Positions 48,885 to 57,443 of a stretch of 64,000 nucleotides of DNA are shown in pieces. The position numbers and the translations under genes were made by a program. Origin of the DNA: a virus. Taxonomy: Duplodnaviria; Caudoviricetes. The number at the start of each line of letters is the position of its first letter. The stretch's first letter is position 1. Location of the stretch: IMG/VR virus record IMGVR_UViG_3300032266_000589. One strand, given 5' to 3'. The notes below the pieces were generated by a model, which worked only from the letters and a program-made list of their open reading frames with translations, ran no database searches and had not been told where the DNA came from.

Positions 48885-49298
48885 ATGAAACCAAAACCAT
48901 TACATGCTGAAGTTCGATTCCATCTTGCTAGTGGTAAAAACTATATGCACTGGCAAGTCAAGGTTATGCAGGGCAGGAAAAAGGTTGATGTCTATTATTA
49001 CGATCCTGCTGACTATCAACTAGAGATGATTAACTGCAAGCTGGTTAACAAGGTAAATAAGGCTAAGAAGGTTAACAAGGCTGGTAAGAAAGATGTGGCA
49101 GGGTGGGTAAAGTGTGACGAAGTTATTCTTACCAAAGAATCTTCTGTTGACAATCTTGAGAAGTTGTATTATAATCCTATCCGTGACGTTCATTGGCGAC
49201 GAGATAGTGATGGTGGTGAGTTCGCTTGGGACGATAGTGAATACTCTACGCTAATTACCAATAACAAACAAGTTTATATCTTAGAGGAAAGAACATGA
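48885..49298 (+). CDS. Hypothetical protein
   Basis: VRFHL..G.NYM.WQVK motif; follows a promoter. Confidence 0.75.
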   Translation: MKPKPLHAEVRFHLASGKNYMHWQVKVMQGRKKVDVYYYDPADYQLEMINCKLVNKVNKAKKVNKAGKKDVAGWVKCDEVILTKESSVDNLEKLYYNPIRDVHWRRDSDGGEFAWDDSEYSTLITNNKQVYILEERT

Positions 49299-49678
49299 TT
49301 AACGTTGAAATGACAGTTCGTGAGGCTCTGAATCTGGTGTCCAACGGTGTGCATATGGACATGTACGAGCGTATCGTTCAAGCTTTGGAGGCGAAGTGTG
49401 GCGAACTCAAGGCTATTATGACCGTGCGTTACGTTCCACGCGATAGCTTCATTCCCTGTATCAAGATCATTCGTAATCATCTTGGTTGGGGTCTGAAGGA
49501 AACTAAAGACTTCCTTGATGTGGTGCGTGGTGGTTGGGATAGTTTTGAAAATGACTATGTTGATGGTAAGCCTAACTCCCTTACTAACGACAGTGATGTG
49601 ATCATCAAGATTGCGTCTGAACTTCGTTCTCAGGGGTGTACGGTGGATATCAAAGATGCTGAACGTAAACCCTTATAG
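49295..49678 (+). CDS. Ribosomal protein bL12 C-terminal-like domain protein
   Basis: IPCIKIIRNHLGWGLKETKDFLD resembles the bL12 motif I.VIK.VR..TGLGLKEAK.LV. Confidence 0.65.
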   Translation: MINVEMTVREALNLVSNGVHMDMYERIVQALEAKCGELKAIMTVRYVPRDSFIPCIKIIRNHLGWGLKETKDFLDVVRGGWDSFENDYVDGKPNSLTNDSDVIIKIASELRSQGCTVDIKDAERKPL

Positions 49679-49743
49679 GATATAGACTTACATCAAACGT
49701 GGCCGCCCCGGCTCGTCGTAAGTCCTTTGATACCAACGACTTA
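49666..49743. repeat. Paired-palindrome element copy 7 (spacer inverted)
   Basis: TAAAC-N15-ACTTA, 28 bp, TAAGT-N15-ACTTA. Confidence 0.88.
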
Positions 49744-49850
49744 TGACCAATCCAAAAAAATTTTTCAAGTTAGCTATTGACTCTGGACGATACTATGGTA
49801 GAATGATTGAAGTTACGGGATTGATAACCACTAAAGAAAAGAGGAATGAT

Positions 49851-50096
49851 ATGAATAAGTATACGTTTGTTCTGGATGTTGTGACCGATGGTTCGCTGGA
49901 TACGGATTCGATTGCCCAGACGTTGATTGCCAACGTGGAGAATGAGGGTGTGTACGCGGCTGTCAAGCCCGTCAAGGTGTCTGCTCTGAAGGAGCAGGGA
50001 TTCAAGGTGTGGCGAGCTAGGGTCGCGGGAATCACTGAGGCTTCGCTTCAGCCTGAGAAGGTGGAAGCGGAAGTCGCCGTGGCTTCGGCCTCTTGA
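49851..50096 (+). CDS. Hypothetical early protein
   Basis: GAGGA SD; GC-rich codon usage. Confidence 0.7.
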   Translation: MNKYTFVLDVVTDGSLDTDSIAQTLIANVENEGVYAAVKPVKVSALKEQGFKVWRARVAGITEASLQPEKVEAEVAVASAS

Positions 50097-50183
50097 TTTT
50101 CTAAAGAGTATCGGCTAGAATGTCGATACTAGGTGAAGCCCAAGTAACCTAGTATCGACTCTAGCAACACTAAGGAGATAACA

Positions 50184-50540
50184 ATGGGTTTGGATCAGTT
50201 CGCATACGCTGTTGATAAAGATAATAACAAGACTGAACTGGCATATTGGAGAAAGCATCCTAATCTTCAAGGCTGGATGGAAAACCTGTGGAATTCCAAG
50301 GGTTGTCCCGACGCCAACGAAAACGGTGCTGAATTCAATTGTGTGCCGGTCAAGCTAACTAAGGAAGACTTGGATAGTTTGGAGCAGGCTCTTAATTCTA
50401 ATAGCTTGCCCGCGACTGCCGGTTTCTTCTTTGGTAGTAATAGTGACGATACTTATCGGCAGCAGGACGTAGAGTTTATTGCGGTCGCCCGCAAGGCTCT
50501 TGACAGTGGACTATCTGTAGTGTATGATAGCTGGTGGTGA
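50184..50540 (+). CDS. Hypothetical protein (MGLD...YWRK.....GW...GFFFG...Y.SWW family)
   Basis: Widespread phage motif; TAAGGAG SD. Confidence 0.85.
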   Translation: MGLDQFAYAVDKDNNKTELAYWRKHPNLQGWMENLWNSKGCPDANENGAEFNCVPVKLTKEDLDSLEQALNSNSLPATAGFFFGSNSDDTYRQQDVEFIAVARKALDSGLSVVYDSWW

Positions 50541-50711
50541 TTTAACAAAGGGAGAAGACGATGACAAAGATTCTGGGTATTGGTACTGTCACGCCCAAGG
50601 GTACTGTGACGGCTATCAAGCGTGACGGTGTGGTGATTGTTGATAATGGCGCGAAGGTTGTGTTGACCTTTGCTCAAGTTGAAAAGATGATGAGTGTCTA
50701 ACTAAGGGAGA

Positions 50712-50936
50712 TTGATTATGACTATGAATGTTTTTACTAACTTTTCGCTGGCTACTGGTAAGCACCTCGTTTGCAAGTATCCCAAGCATGGCCGTCTGAA
50801 TGTGCTGAAGTTCCACAAGGGTACTGTTGAGCATCTTGGCTTTGGTCCGCACGGGCCGTATGCTAAGATTCGCAGCGAGGATAACACTATCCGTACCCTG
50901 CGATGCGACCGCATGGTTGATCCTGTCTGTTCGTGA
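50712..50936 (+). CDS. Small SH3/WYL-like protein
   Basis: GP.GPY..I......IRTLR.DRM. Confidence 0.6.
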   Translation: MIMTMNVFTNFSLATGKHLVCKYPKHGRLNVLKFHKGTVEHLGFGPHGPYAKIRSEDNTIRTLRCDRMVDPVCS

Positions 50937-50990
50937 TCTCTCCCTTGACAGGAGCGGGAACCCTATGTTACAATTGGGTTCCCGCTTCAT

Positions 50991-51066
50991 GGGGCGTAAG
51001 GTAAGCCGGTTGCATCCGACACTCTTATAAGGTGTTCATAGGTACGTTCGACTCGTACACGCCCTA
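50991..51066 (+). tRNA. tRNA-Ile(TAT)
   Basis: GGGGCGT/ACGCCCT acceptor stem, anticodon loop CTTATAA, T-arm GTACG-TTCGACT-CGTAC. Confidence 0.82.
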
Positions 51067-51537
51067 CTGTGATTTGTTGTCACTGCTAGGGAGATAAATT
51101 GATAGAACTTATGATTATGATTATTGTGTGGTCAATGCTATATCAAGATAAATAAATAGTGGATAATAACTTTCTAGTAAAGTAATCAATATCCTCTCAA
51201 TCATCAAGGGCAAACTATATGAAGATTGTAACATTAAGTGTAGAGTTGGCATTTGAGAATGTTCACGAAGGCATAGACTTCAATGATAAAGAGTCAATAG
51301 CTGAGTATTTAAATAATGCACTATATGAATCCCCAGAGTTCTTTGGTGATTTCGGGCCTGAGAATATAATAGATGTAAAGGATATAGATGATTGATCTAA
51401 CTACCAACGAAATGTGGAAGATCCTAGACGCTATAACAGCATACAAAAAAGATTATGCAGTAAGTGAGACAGTACAGAAAACTATATCTGGTATAGAGAA
51501 AAAGTTGAAAGTTGAATTGAAAAAGTAAAACTCGCCG

Positions 51538-51615
51538 TAAGTCCTTTGCCCACAAGGGTTTAGGACGAACGCGGCCCGCCCCGCGAGTCGTAAGTCCTTA
51601 CGCAGCAACCACTTA
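51538..51615. repeat. Paired-palindrome element copy 8 (spacer inverted)
   Basis: TAAGT-N15-GTTTA, 28 bp, TAAGT-N15-ACTTA. Confidence 0.88.
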
Positions 51616-51692
51616 CGTCAAAAAATTATTTCTAATGCTGACCCCTTGACATTGACGATACGTATGGTATCATTAGCGAAAAGGAGAGAACG

Positions 51693-51914
51693 ATGGTTGC
51701 GATAAATGAGGATATGGCCGATACTGTGATGGCAGCACGTTGCAAAATGTGTGCCGCCAATCATGTGATTTTCGTGAAGATGCACGATTATATCGAATGG
51801 AAGAATGGTGCGGGTTTTATTCAAGACCTTATGCCCTACCTTTCGGAAGCGGATCGTGAGCTTTTGATTAGTGGCACTTGTGGCCCATGTTTTGATTCAA
51901 TGTTTCCCTCTTGA
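51693..51914 (+). CDS. Small Zn-finger protein
   Basis: CxxC...IQD..P.LS...RE.LISG.CxxC. Confidence 0.8.
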   Translation: MVAINEDMADTVMAARCKMCAANHVIFVKMHDYIEWKNGAGFIQDLMPYLSEADRELLISGTCGPCFDSMFPS

Positions 51915-51971
51915 CAAGCCGATAACGTATAGTATACTGTTGACACGTAGTTTGATTTCCCACTAGGAGTT

Positions 51972-53177
51972 TTGAAGATGAGCGATTATAACAAGTTGAC
52001 GATTGATTCCAATGCTTCCGCCGGTTCGTTCGTGCGTACCCTGCAAGGCAACACCGGTACGGGTTTCGCGGAAGGCACCCATGTCCACAAAGATTGGTGG
52101 GCGAAGACCAAGACCTTTGAACAGGTCAAGCAGGACACGCAGACTGCTATTGATAACCGTGAGGATGTTCTCACTGAAATCAAGAACATTTTCTGCACCA
52201 ATGAAGGTGACGATTTTTACTTCAAGCTGGCAGACGGTCGCAAGTTTCGCCCGACTGACCATGCTCTTGAGCAGTTCAGCACCCGCGTAGGCGTTACGTC
52301 CTCGTCGTTCCTGCGTGAGATGCGTAATATCGAAGGGTTCGATGGTAACGATAGCAACACGATGGCTATCGTTGGCAACAATGCCATGCGTCGAATCGAT
52401 CCCGATAAGAAGTTTCGTCTGCGTACCTATACGGATGGAACGTGTCGTGCGTTCGTGACTGAGCAGTATGCTCCGGTCGATAACCGCTGGTATCTTGATG
52501 TGCTTGGCGAGTTCATTCCCGGTGGACGGTTCAGCCACTGGCGTGGAGATGAGGATACCATCTATGGTAACGTTCTCATCCCCGATACCATCATGGACTA
52601 CGGTTCAGACGATAGTGACTACGGTGGCATGATCAGCGTGGGTAACTGTGAGATCGGCACTCGCCGCATTACGCAAACGCCCAGCCTGTTTCGTGCCATC
52701 TGCATGAATGGCTGCATCTGGGGTCAGACTTCCGGTGAGAAGATTCGTCGCGTTCATCGTGGCAATATCGACCTCGCCGCTCTGAAACTGGAAATTGCCA
52801 AGAATATTCAGGATCAGATTCCGCTCCTCGCTCCGGGTATCAAGAAGTTCTTGGCAACCCGTAGTATGGAAATCGGTAAGGCTTCTGCCAAAGGTATCAT
52901 CGCCAGCGTTTCGTCAGATTACAAACTGTCAAAGCGTGAGGCTACTGAGTTCCTTGAGCAGTATGTCACGATGGAAGCACAGAATAGTAGCCTGTTTGGT
53001 ATCATCAACGGTCTGACCCGTGCTGGTCAGAAGTTTGATAATAAGACATGGGTGAAGTTCGATGAGGTTGCTGGTAATCTGCTGGACATTTCAGCGGATC
53101 GCTGGAACACCATCCTGCGTCGTGCGGATACGTTCAACGATAAGGATTACGAAAAGGTTTTCGCCCTTACGGCTTGA
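51972..53177 (+). CDS. DUF932/DUF945-like protein
   Basis: T.HA..Q....G, RA..T..Y...DN, G...GN.E.G, P.LFR..C.NG.I, H.G, S.FG..NG.TR..Q. Confidence 0.8.
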   Translation: MKMSDYNKLTIDSNASAGSFVRTLQGNTGTGFAEGTHVHKDWWAKTKTFEQVKQDTQTAIDNREDVLTEIKNIFCTNEGDDFYFKLADGRKFRPTDHALEQFSTRVGVTSSSFLREMRNIEGFDGNDSNTMAIVGNNAMRRIDPDKKFRLRTYTDGTCRAFVTEQYAPVDNRWYLDVLGEFIPGGRFSHWRGDEDTIYGNVLIPDTIMDYGSDDSDYGGMISVGNCEIGTRRITQTPSLFRAICMNGCIWGQTSGEKIRRVHRGNIDLAALKLEIAKNIQDQIPLLAPGIKKFLATRSMEIGKASAKGIIASVSSDYKLSKREATEFLEQYVTMEAQNSSLFGIINGLTRAGQKFDNKTWVKFDEVAGNLLDISADRWNTILRRADTFNDKDYEKVFALTA

Positions 53178-53275
53178 TTCTAGTGGGAGGGGAAAGGGGC
53201 TGGCGGGCCATTATCAATAAATTATCCTGCCAGTTCCCTACCCTTCCAACAAACTTGGGAAGCTGAGACTCGCCA

Positions 53276-53403
53276 TAAGTCCGTTGCCCATAAGGGTTTA
53301 CGGCGGGCGGGGGCGGCGAAATTTGATATAAATACTTATCCCATAAGGGTTTACATCAAGTCTAATAGCAAGTGAACGTAAGTCGTTTGTTCTCAAGTAC
53401 TTG
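53276..53403. repeat. Paired-palindrome element copy 9 plus a third box
   Basis: Boxes 53276-53300 and 53329-53353 are 28 bp apart; an extra box lies at 53379-53403. Confidence 0.85.
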
Positions 53404-53453
53404 CGTCAAGAGTGTCGATATGGTATGATGGAGAGTGGAATGATTGGAATGTG

Positions 53454-53551
53454 GGTAATATAGATAACACAGGTAATCTAGGCTACATGTTAAAATAGGT
53501 AGTCTGGGTAATCTGGGATGTCTAGGTAAGCTAGGCAAGTGGGGTTGTCTC
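53454..53551 (+). repeat. Degenerate 9-bp tandem array (about 11 units)
   Basis: ggtaatata gataacaca ggtaatcta ... ggtagtctg ggtaatctg ggatgtcta ggtaagcta ggcaagtgg. Confidence 0.7.
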
Positions 53552-53618
53552 TCCCAAAATAAAAGGGTCAACATATTGCAATACAGTCAGCGAAAATAAT
53601 CATAAAGGAGAAAATAGA

Positions 53619-53912
53619 ATGGCAAAAATTCATGGACATCAAATGAAAGAAACTAAAGAGAATATTCGTACAGATGATATATGTGATATGCTGTTTCAAC
53701 AAATAGATAAGCCCTCTAACTATAAGATGTGTCGAGCCTTTAACGTATACGACAACAAGTATCGAATTAATGTATATACTCACGAAGTAGTCAACGACAT
53801 TGAAAGTCAACGCATTAGCCAATCTTATTTTGCCAAATTGGCAGGCGACGGTACATCATTAGAAATTCTTCTAAAGCCCGCTCCCGTTGATCCTAAAAAG
53901 AAGAAGAAGTGA
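53619..53912 (+). CDS. Hypothetical protein
   Basis: AAGGAG SD; NV.DN.YRINVY...I..S.F motif. Confidence 0.8.
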   Translation: MAKIHGHQMKETKENIRTDDICDMLFQQIDKPSNYKMCRAFNVYDNKYRINVYTHEVVNDIESQRISQSYFAKLAGDGTSLEILLKPAPVDPKKKKK

Positions 53913-54086
53913 GGCTTGTCTTATCTAATATAACAAGATTGTTTCCATGTTGGTAGTCAGCGAGATATAGCCCTTGACACAGTGGCAATACTGTGATAGA
54001 CTAGGGTACGTACTTCCCAAAATAACAAGATCTGGCCTGTGCTGGTAGTCAGCGACATTTCCTTTTTACATATAGGATACATATAA

Positions 54087-54515
54087 ATGAAATTGAAGCG
54101 TGGACAAAAGCTTTGTAAGAACTGTAATAATATCAATGGCGCACGGGCGCATACATGTAAGCATTGTAATAGTGAGTTTGTGTCTGCATCTATAACTAAG
54201 AAGAATAAGTTTAAAACCAAGCGCCCCAAGAAATATGAAGAGATTGATTGGAAAGATCTATCGACCGGGGATACTATTAAAGTTATAGGACGGTCTGGTA
54301 ATTACTATGTTAATAGCATGGGCGAACGTATGTATATGAGTGATGCTGGAATATATACAGTACGTAGTAAAGATACTAATGGACTGATAGTTTATAGTTC
54401 AGACGGCGGTTACGGGTATATCTATATGGGACCAGAAATTCAATCTGATCTCATGGATAATATGTATCGTAGCCCACATAAGATCGTAAAGGTCAATTTA
54501 CCTGTTCGAACATGA
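54087..54515 (+). CDS. Zn-ribbon protein
   Basis: G.K.CxxC...NG.R...CxxC N-terminus. Confidence 0.8.
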   Translation: MKLKRGQKLCKNCNNINGARAHTCKHCNSEFVSASITKKNKFKTKRPKKYEEIDWKDLSTGDTIKVIGRSGNYYVNSMGERMYMSDAGIYTVRSKDTNGLIVYSSDGGYGYIYMGPEIQSDLMDNMYRSPHKIVKVNLPVRT

Positions 54516-54565
54516 TACTATAAATAAGGCCATTTTGGGCTGATTATCAAGGAATATGACCACTA

Positions 54566-54880
54566 TTGTGTGATATTTCAATGAAATCGCCCCTTTTTAT
54601 AAGGGAGTATACTATGCTATCTAAACGTGAGTTCTTCCTATACATGTCTACAGTATATGAGGAAGACTTCAAAGAAGAAGACTCATATAAGGTATTCAAA
54701 CAAATCGTTAAAATGACTGATCAAGACCAGTTATTAGAAATGAAGGAAATAACCATGTTTACCAAAAGACAAAAGGTAGCATATAGAAACGCCCTTGCTG
54801 CTAATGGTAAGGAACTGACGCCTAGACAACTAGATCAATACATAAGCATGATAGAGCTAGCTCTTGAACAAAGACATTAA
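54566..54880 (+). CDS. Hypothetical protein (likely start ATG 54614)
   Basis: GGAG SD before MLSKREF. Confidence 0.65.
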   Translation: MCDISMKSPLFIREYTMLSKREFFLYMSTVYEEDFKEEDSYKVFKQIVKMTDQDQLLEMKEITMFTKRQKVAYRNALAANGKELTPRQLDQYISMIELALEQRH

Positions 54881-54909
54881 TCTACCATACATATACTATA
54901 TACAGAACG

Positions 54910-54942
54910 GCCCCGTGGTTCCTATGGACTATGGGGCTTTTC
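54910..54942 (+). terminator. Putative intrinsic terminator
   Basis: GCCCC..TCC-TAT-GGA..GGGGC followed by TTTT. Confidence 0.55.
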
Positions 54943-55180
54943 TATTTACCTACTCTACACTCATCCCTAGTACCCATACACTCTATGAAATACGGGAATA
55001 TCGAAATATTTATTGTATTGTGAAATATCCACATTAAAAGTCACATATATGCCCCCAACCAATTTAGTCATCGATGTATTTATGTATGGTAGTATAGTTA
55101 GTATATGTATATGTGTTATTATAGGTCTTTCATGCATATTCAATGACAATGTATAACTATCTATTTAGCATCCTTATTGG

Positions 55181-55861
55181 GTGTATTTATATGTAGTATA
55201 TGGGTTTATAGCCCACAGAAAAGGAGTGAAGGGAGGAATAATGGGAAGAAAATCCACAAATAAAAAAGAAAAGAGAGAAAAAATGACAAAGCTCATTAGA
55301 CGTATATACGCCTATGTTGTATTGGCATTAATATGTGTTGGATCAATATTCGCCGTTAAGAATACAATTAAGAAATTAAATACAGATATATCATCACTAC
55401 CAAATGGCAGCTATCAACACATTAGACATGAATTAAATATACCACAAAACAAAAGACTCAAATTCCCACTACTCACAAGAATTAGCGATATAGACAAAGA
55501 AGATGTTGGATGTGGGGTTAAATTAGATTACTGGAATATCCATAACTATCTATGCGAAATCAAGTTTACAGATGTTTGTACTGAAACAATTATCCCACTA
55601 GGAACAAAAATAGTATTCAACGGGCAGTGTGATATTGTAGAGGGGGAAAGTGGGCTTAAGACATATAGGGTGTATGTAAGTGAGCCATCTTATATAGAGT
55701 ATATAGAGTGCAGTAGCTATATAGATCATTATATAGGAATATTGGGAGATATTTGCCATGTAACTGAGCAAGTATTTACTGGAATGTCAATCCAAGAATT
55801 TAATAGGGTCATGATAGTAGCAAGTAAACTTCAAGTAGCCAAAAACGGAGAAACACCATGA
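55181..55861 (+). CDS. Membrane-anchored hypothetical protein (start 55241 or 55283)
   Basis: GGAGG SD, N-terminal TM helix, late-type motif upstream. Confidence 0.6.
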   Translation: MYLYVVYGFIAHRKGVKGGIMGRKSTNKKEKREKMTKLIRRIYAYVVLALICVGSIFAVKNTIKKLNTDISSLPNGSYQHIRHELNIPQNKRLKFPLLTRISDIDKEDVGCGVKLDYWNIHNYLCEIKFTDVCTETIIPLGTKIVFNGQCDIVEGESGLKTYRVYVSEPSYIEYIECSSYIDHYIGILGDICHVTEQVFTGMSIQEFNRVMIVASKLQVAKNGETP

Positions 55862-56094
55862 GTGATATTAAACAAGAAATCAACGAAGCAATCGAAAAAT
55901 TAGAATCTCAGGGGATTACCAAAAATGCCCATTTAGGTGACACTGTGGGCCTTGGAGACAAAGTAGAAGAAGTTTTAACAAGCATGGGAATAACACAGGA
56001 AAGATTTAAAGAGTGGTTTAATTTGAAAGAGTGTGGATGCTCCAAGAGAAAAGCGTGGCTAAATAGCCTATTTTCTTGGAAGAAAAACTCTTAG
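55858..56094 (+). CDS. Small CxC protein
   Basis: GLGD.VE......GI.......CGC.KRK.WLN. Confidence 0.75.
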   Translation: MSDIKQEINEAIEKLESQGITKNAHLGDTVGLGDKVEEVLTSMGITQERFKEWFNLKECGCSKRKAWLNSLFSWKKNS

Positions 56095-56125
56095 TCGGTA
56101 GACAGACAAAAATTCAAGTTGACAG

Positions 56126-57106
56126 GTGCCTTTACCGATGTATAATAGGGTAGAGGCACCTATTCTTTTTACGGTATTGCATAACATGAAATATGGTCTT
56201 TGTTGTATTAGTCTAAATTTGCAAGACGGCGATAATCCCGCCAAGTTTCAAACCATGACCTATAAACGCTTCTCTGGCCTTCCTAGGGGCGAAGCGTTGT
56301 CTATACTAGGTGATCGTATTCTCAACAATATGGTCGTTACAGATCAAATAATCCAATATTGTGCTGATAACAATATGGTTTATCGTATTAGCAGCGATCT
56401 ATTCCCCCTTATTACTTATGATGAAGCTAACATTGAACTAGAGGATTTGCCAAATTATGATGATATTCAGGACTCTTTTGATACTCTTGCACAGACTATT
56501 GCCACTAATGATGTTCGCATTTCTTGTCATCCTAGTGAATTTAATGTACTGGCGTCCCTTAATACAAAAGCCGTTGACAAAACCATTACAGAGCTTAACT
56601 TCTATTCTTCATTCATGGACAGAATAGGTTGTCCAGCTAATTACGAATCGCCCATGAATATCCATATACACAACAAGCATGGGTCTAACAAAGAAATAGT
56701 ACAGCGATTTATTACCAATTTCAATAGACTTGATTGTAACTGTCAGTCTAGACTAGTTATAGAAAATGACGATAAACTCAACTGTTGGAGTGTTCGCCAA
56801 CTATTGACAGACTTCTACCCAGCCACTAAAATACCATTGACGTTTGATTATCTGCATCATGCTTGCCATTCAGATGGCATGACAGAGCAAACAGCTTTGG
56901 AAGAATGTTATATGACTTGGGGCAATTATAAGCCCTTATTTCATTACAGTGAAAGTCGCCCCGGTAATAATCCAAGGGCGCACGCGGATTATGCTAATAA
57001 CACATTCAATACGTATGGTTTAGACTTTGATTTAGACTTTGAGCTAAAAATGAAAGACAAAGCCATATTGAATTTTTCACAACAGGAGTTCGCACATGCA
57101 AGATAA
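56126..57106 (+). CDS. uvsE: UV DNA damage endonuclease (likely start ATG 56186)
   Basis: YRISSDLFP, RISCHP..FNVL.S, NIH, RL.IENDD, P.TFD..HH, P.FHYSE, RAHAD, E.K.KD.A. Confidence 0.92.
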   Translation: MPLPMYNRVEAPILFTVLHNMKYGLCCISLNLQDGDNPAKFQTMTYKRFSGLPRGEALSILGDRILNNMVVTDQIIQYCADNNMVYRISSDLFPLITYDEANIELEDLPNYDDIQDSFDTLAQTIATNDVRISCHPSEFNVLASLNTKAVDKTITELNFYSSFMDRIGCPANYESPMNIHIHNKHGSNKEIVQRFITNFNRLDCNCQSRLVIENDDKLNCWSVRQLLTDFYPATKIPLTFDYLHHACHSDGMTEQTALEECYMTWGNYKPLFHYSESRPGNNPRAHADYANNTFNTYGLDFDLDFELKMKDKAILNFSQQEFAHAR

Positions 57107-57443
57107 ACTAGTCAAGGTTAAAGATATAAAAGGAATGGCTAGACATATCAGAAGAGATATAGCTAAACAGCAGGGAATTCCAATTAAAGAGCTTAAAGAT
57201 TTCATTACTCAAGATGAGATGACATCGCTTATTAGACAATATTCTCAACAAGACGAAACTGGAAATTTGTTGGTGAACTGTCAGATACTTGACAAAATCT
57301 TCAAGGAAGCGTACAATTGGATAGTTGGTATAGAAATTAGCAGACTAGCTGCTTCTGGCACATTCGATGTATATTGGAGTGATGATAAGAATAGTATGGT
57401 TTTTGCAGCAATTACAGAAAAGGAAAAGGATATCAATGGCTAA
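57096..57443 (+). CDS. Hypothetical protein
   Basis: Coupled 115-aa ORF. Confidence 0.7.
   Translation: MQDKLVKVKDIKGMARHIRRDIAKQQGIPIKELKDFITQDEMTSLIRQYSQQDETGNLLVNCQILDKIFKEAYNWIVGIEISRLAASGTFDVYWSDDKNSMVFAAITEKEKDING

Noticed and set aside
40148-53403. Twin-palindrome elements as a CRISPR array or integron attC sites
   Set aside because: The copies are degenerate and separated by 0.7-2.5 kb of genes, not 30-40-bp spacers. They lack the RYYYAAC/GTTRRRY ends, and no cas gene or integrase is in the window.
40148-53403. Twin-palindrome elements as intrinsic terminators
   Set aside because: There is no consistent U-tract. Arm mismatches are G-T in some copies and A-C in others, and lengths are fixed, which fits dsDNA protein sites better than RNA hairpins.
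53362-53574. Minus-strand LPx-repeat ORF
   Set aside because: It is the antisense reading of the 9-bp array, runs against local transcription, and the sister array has no equivalent listed ORF.
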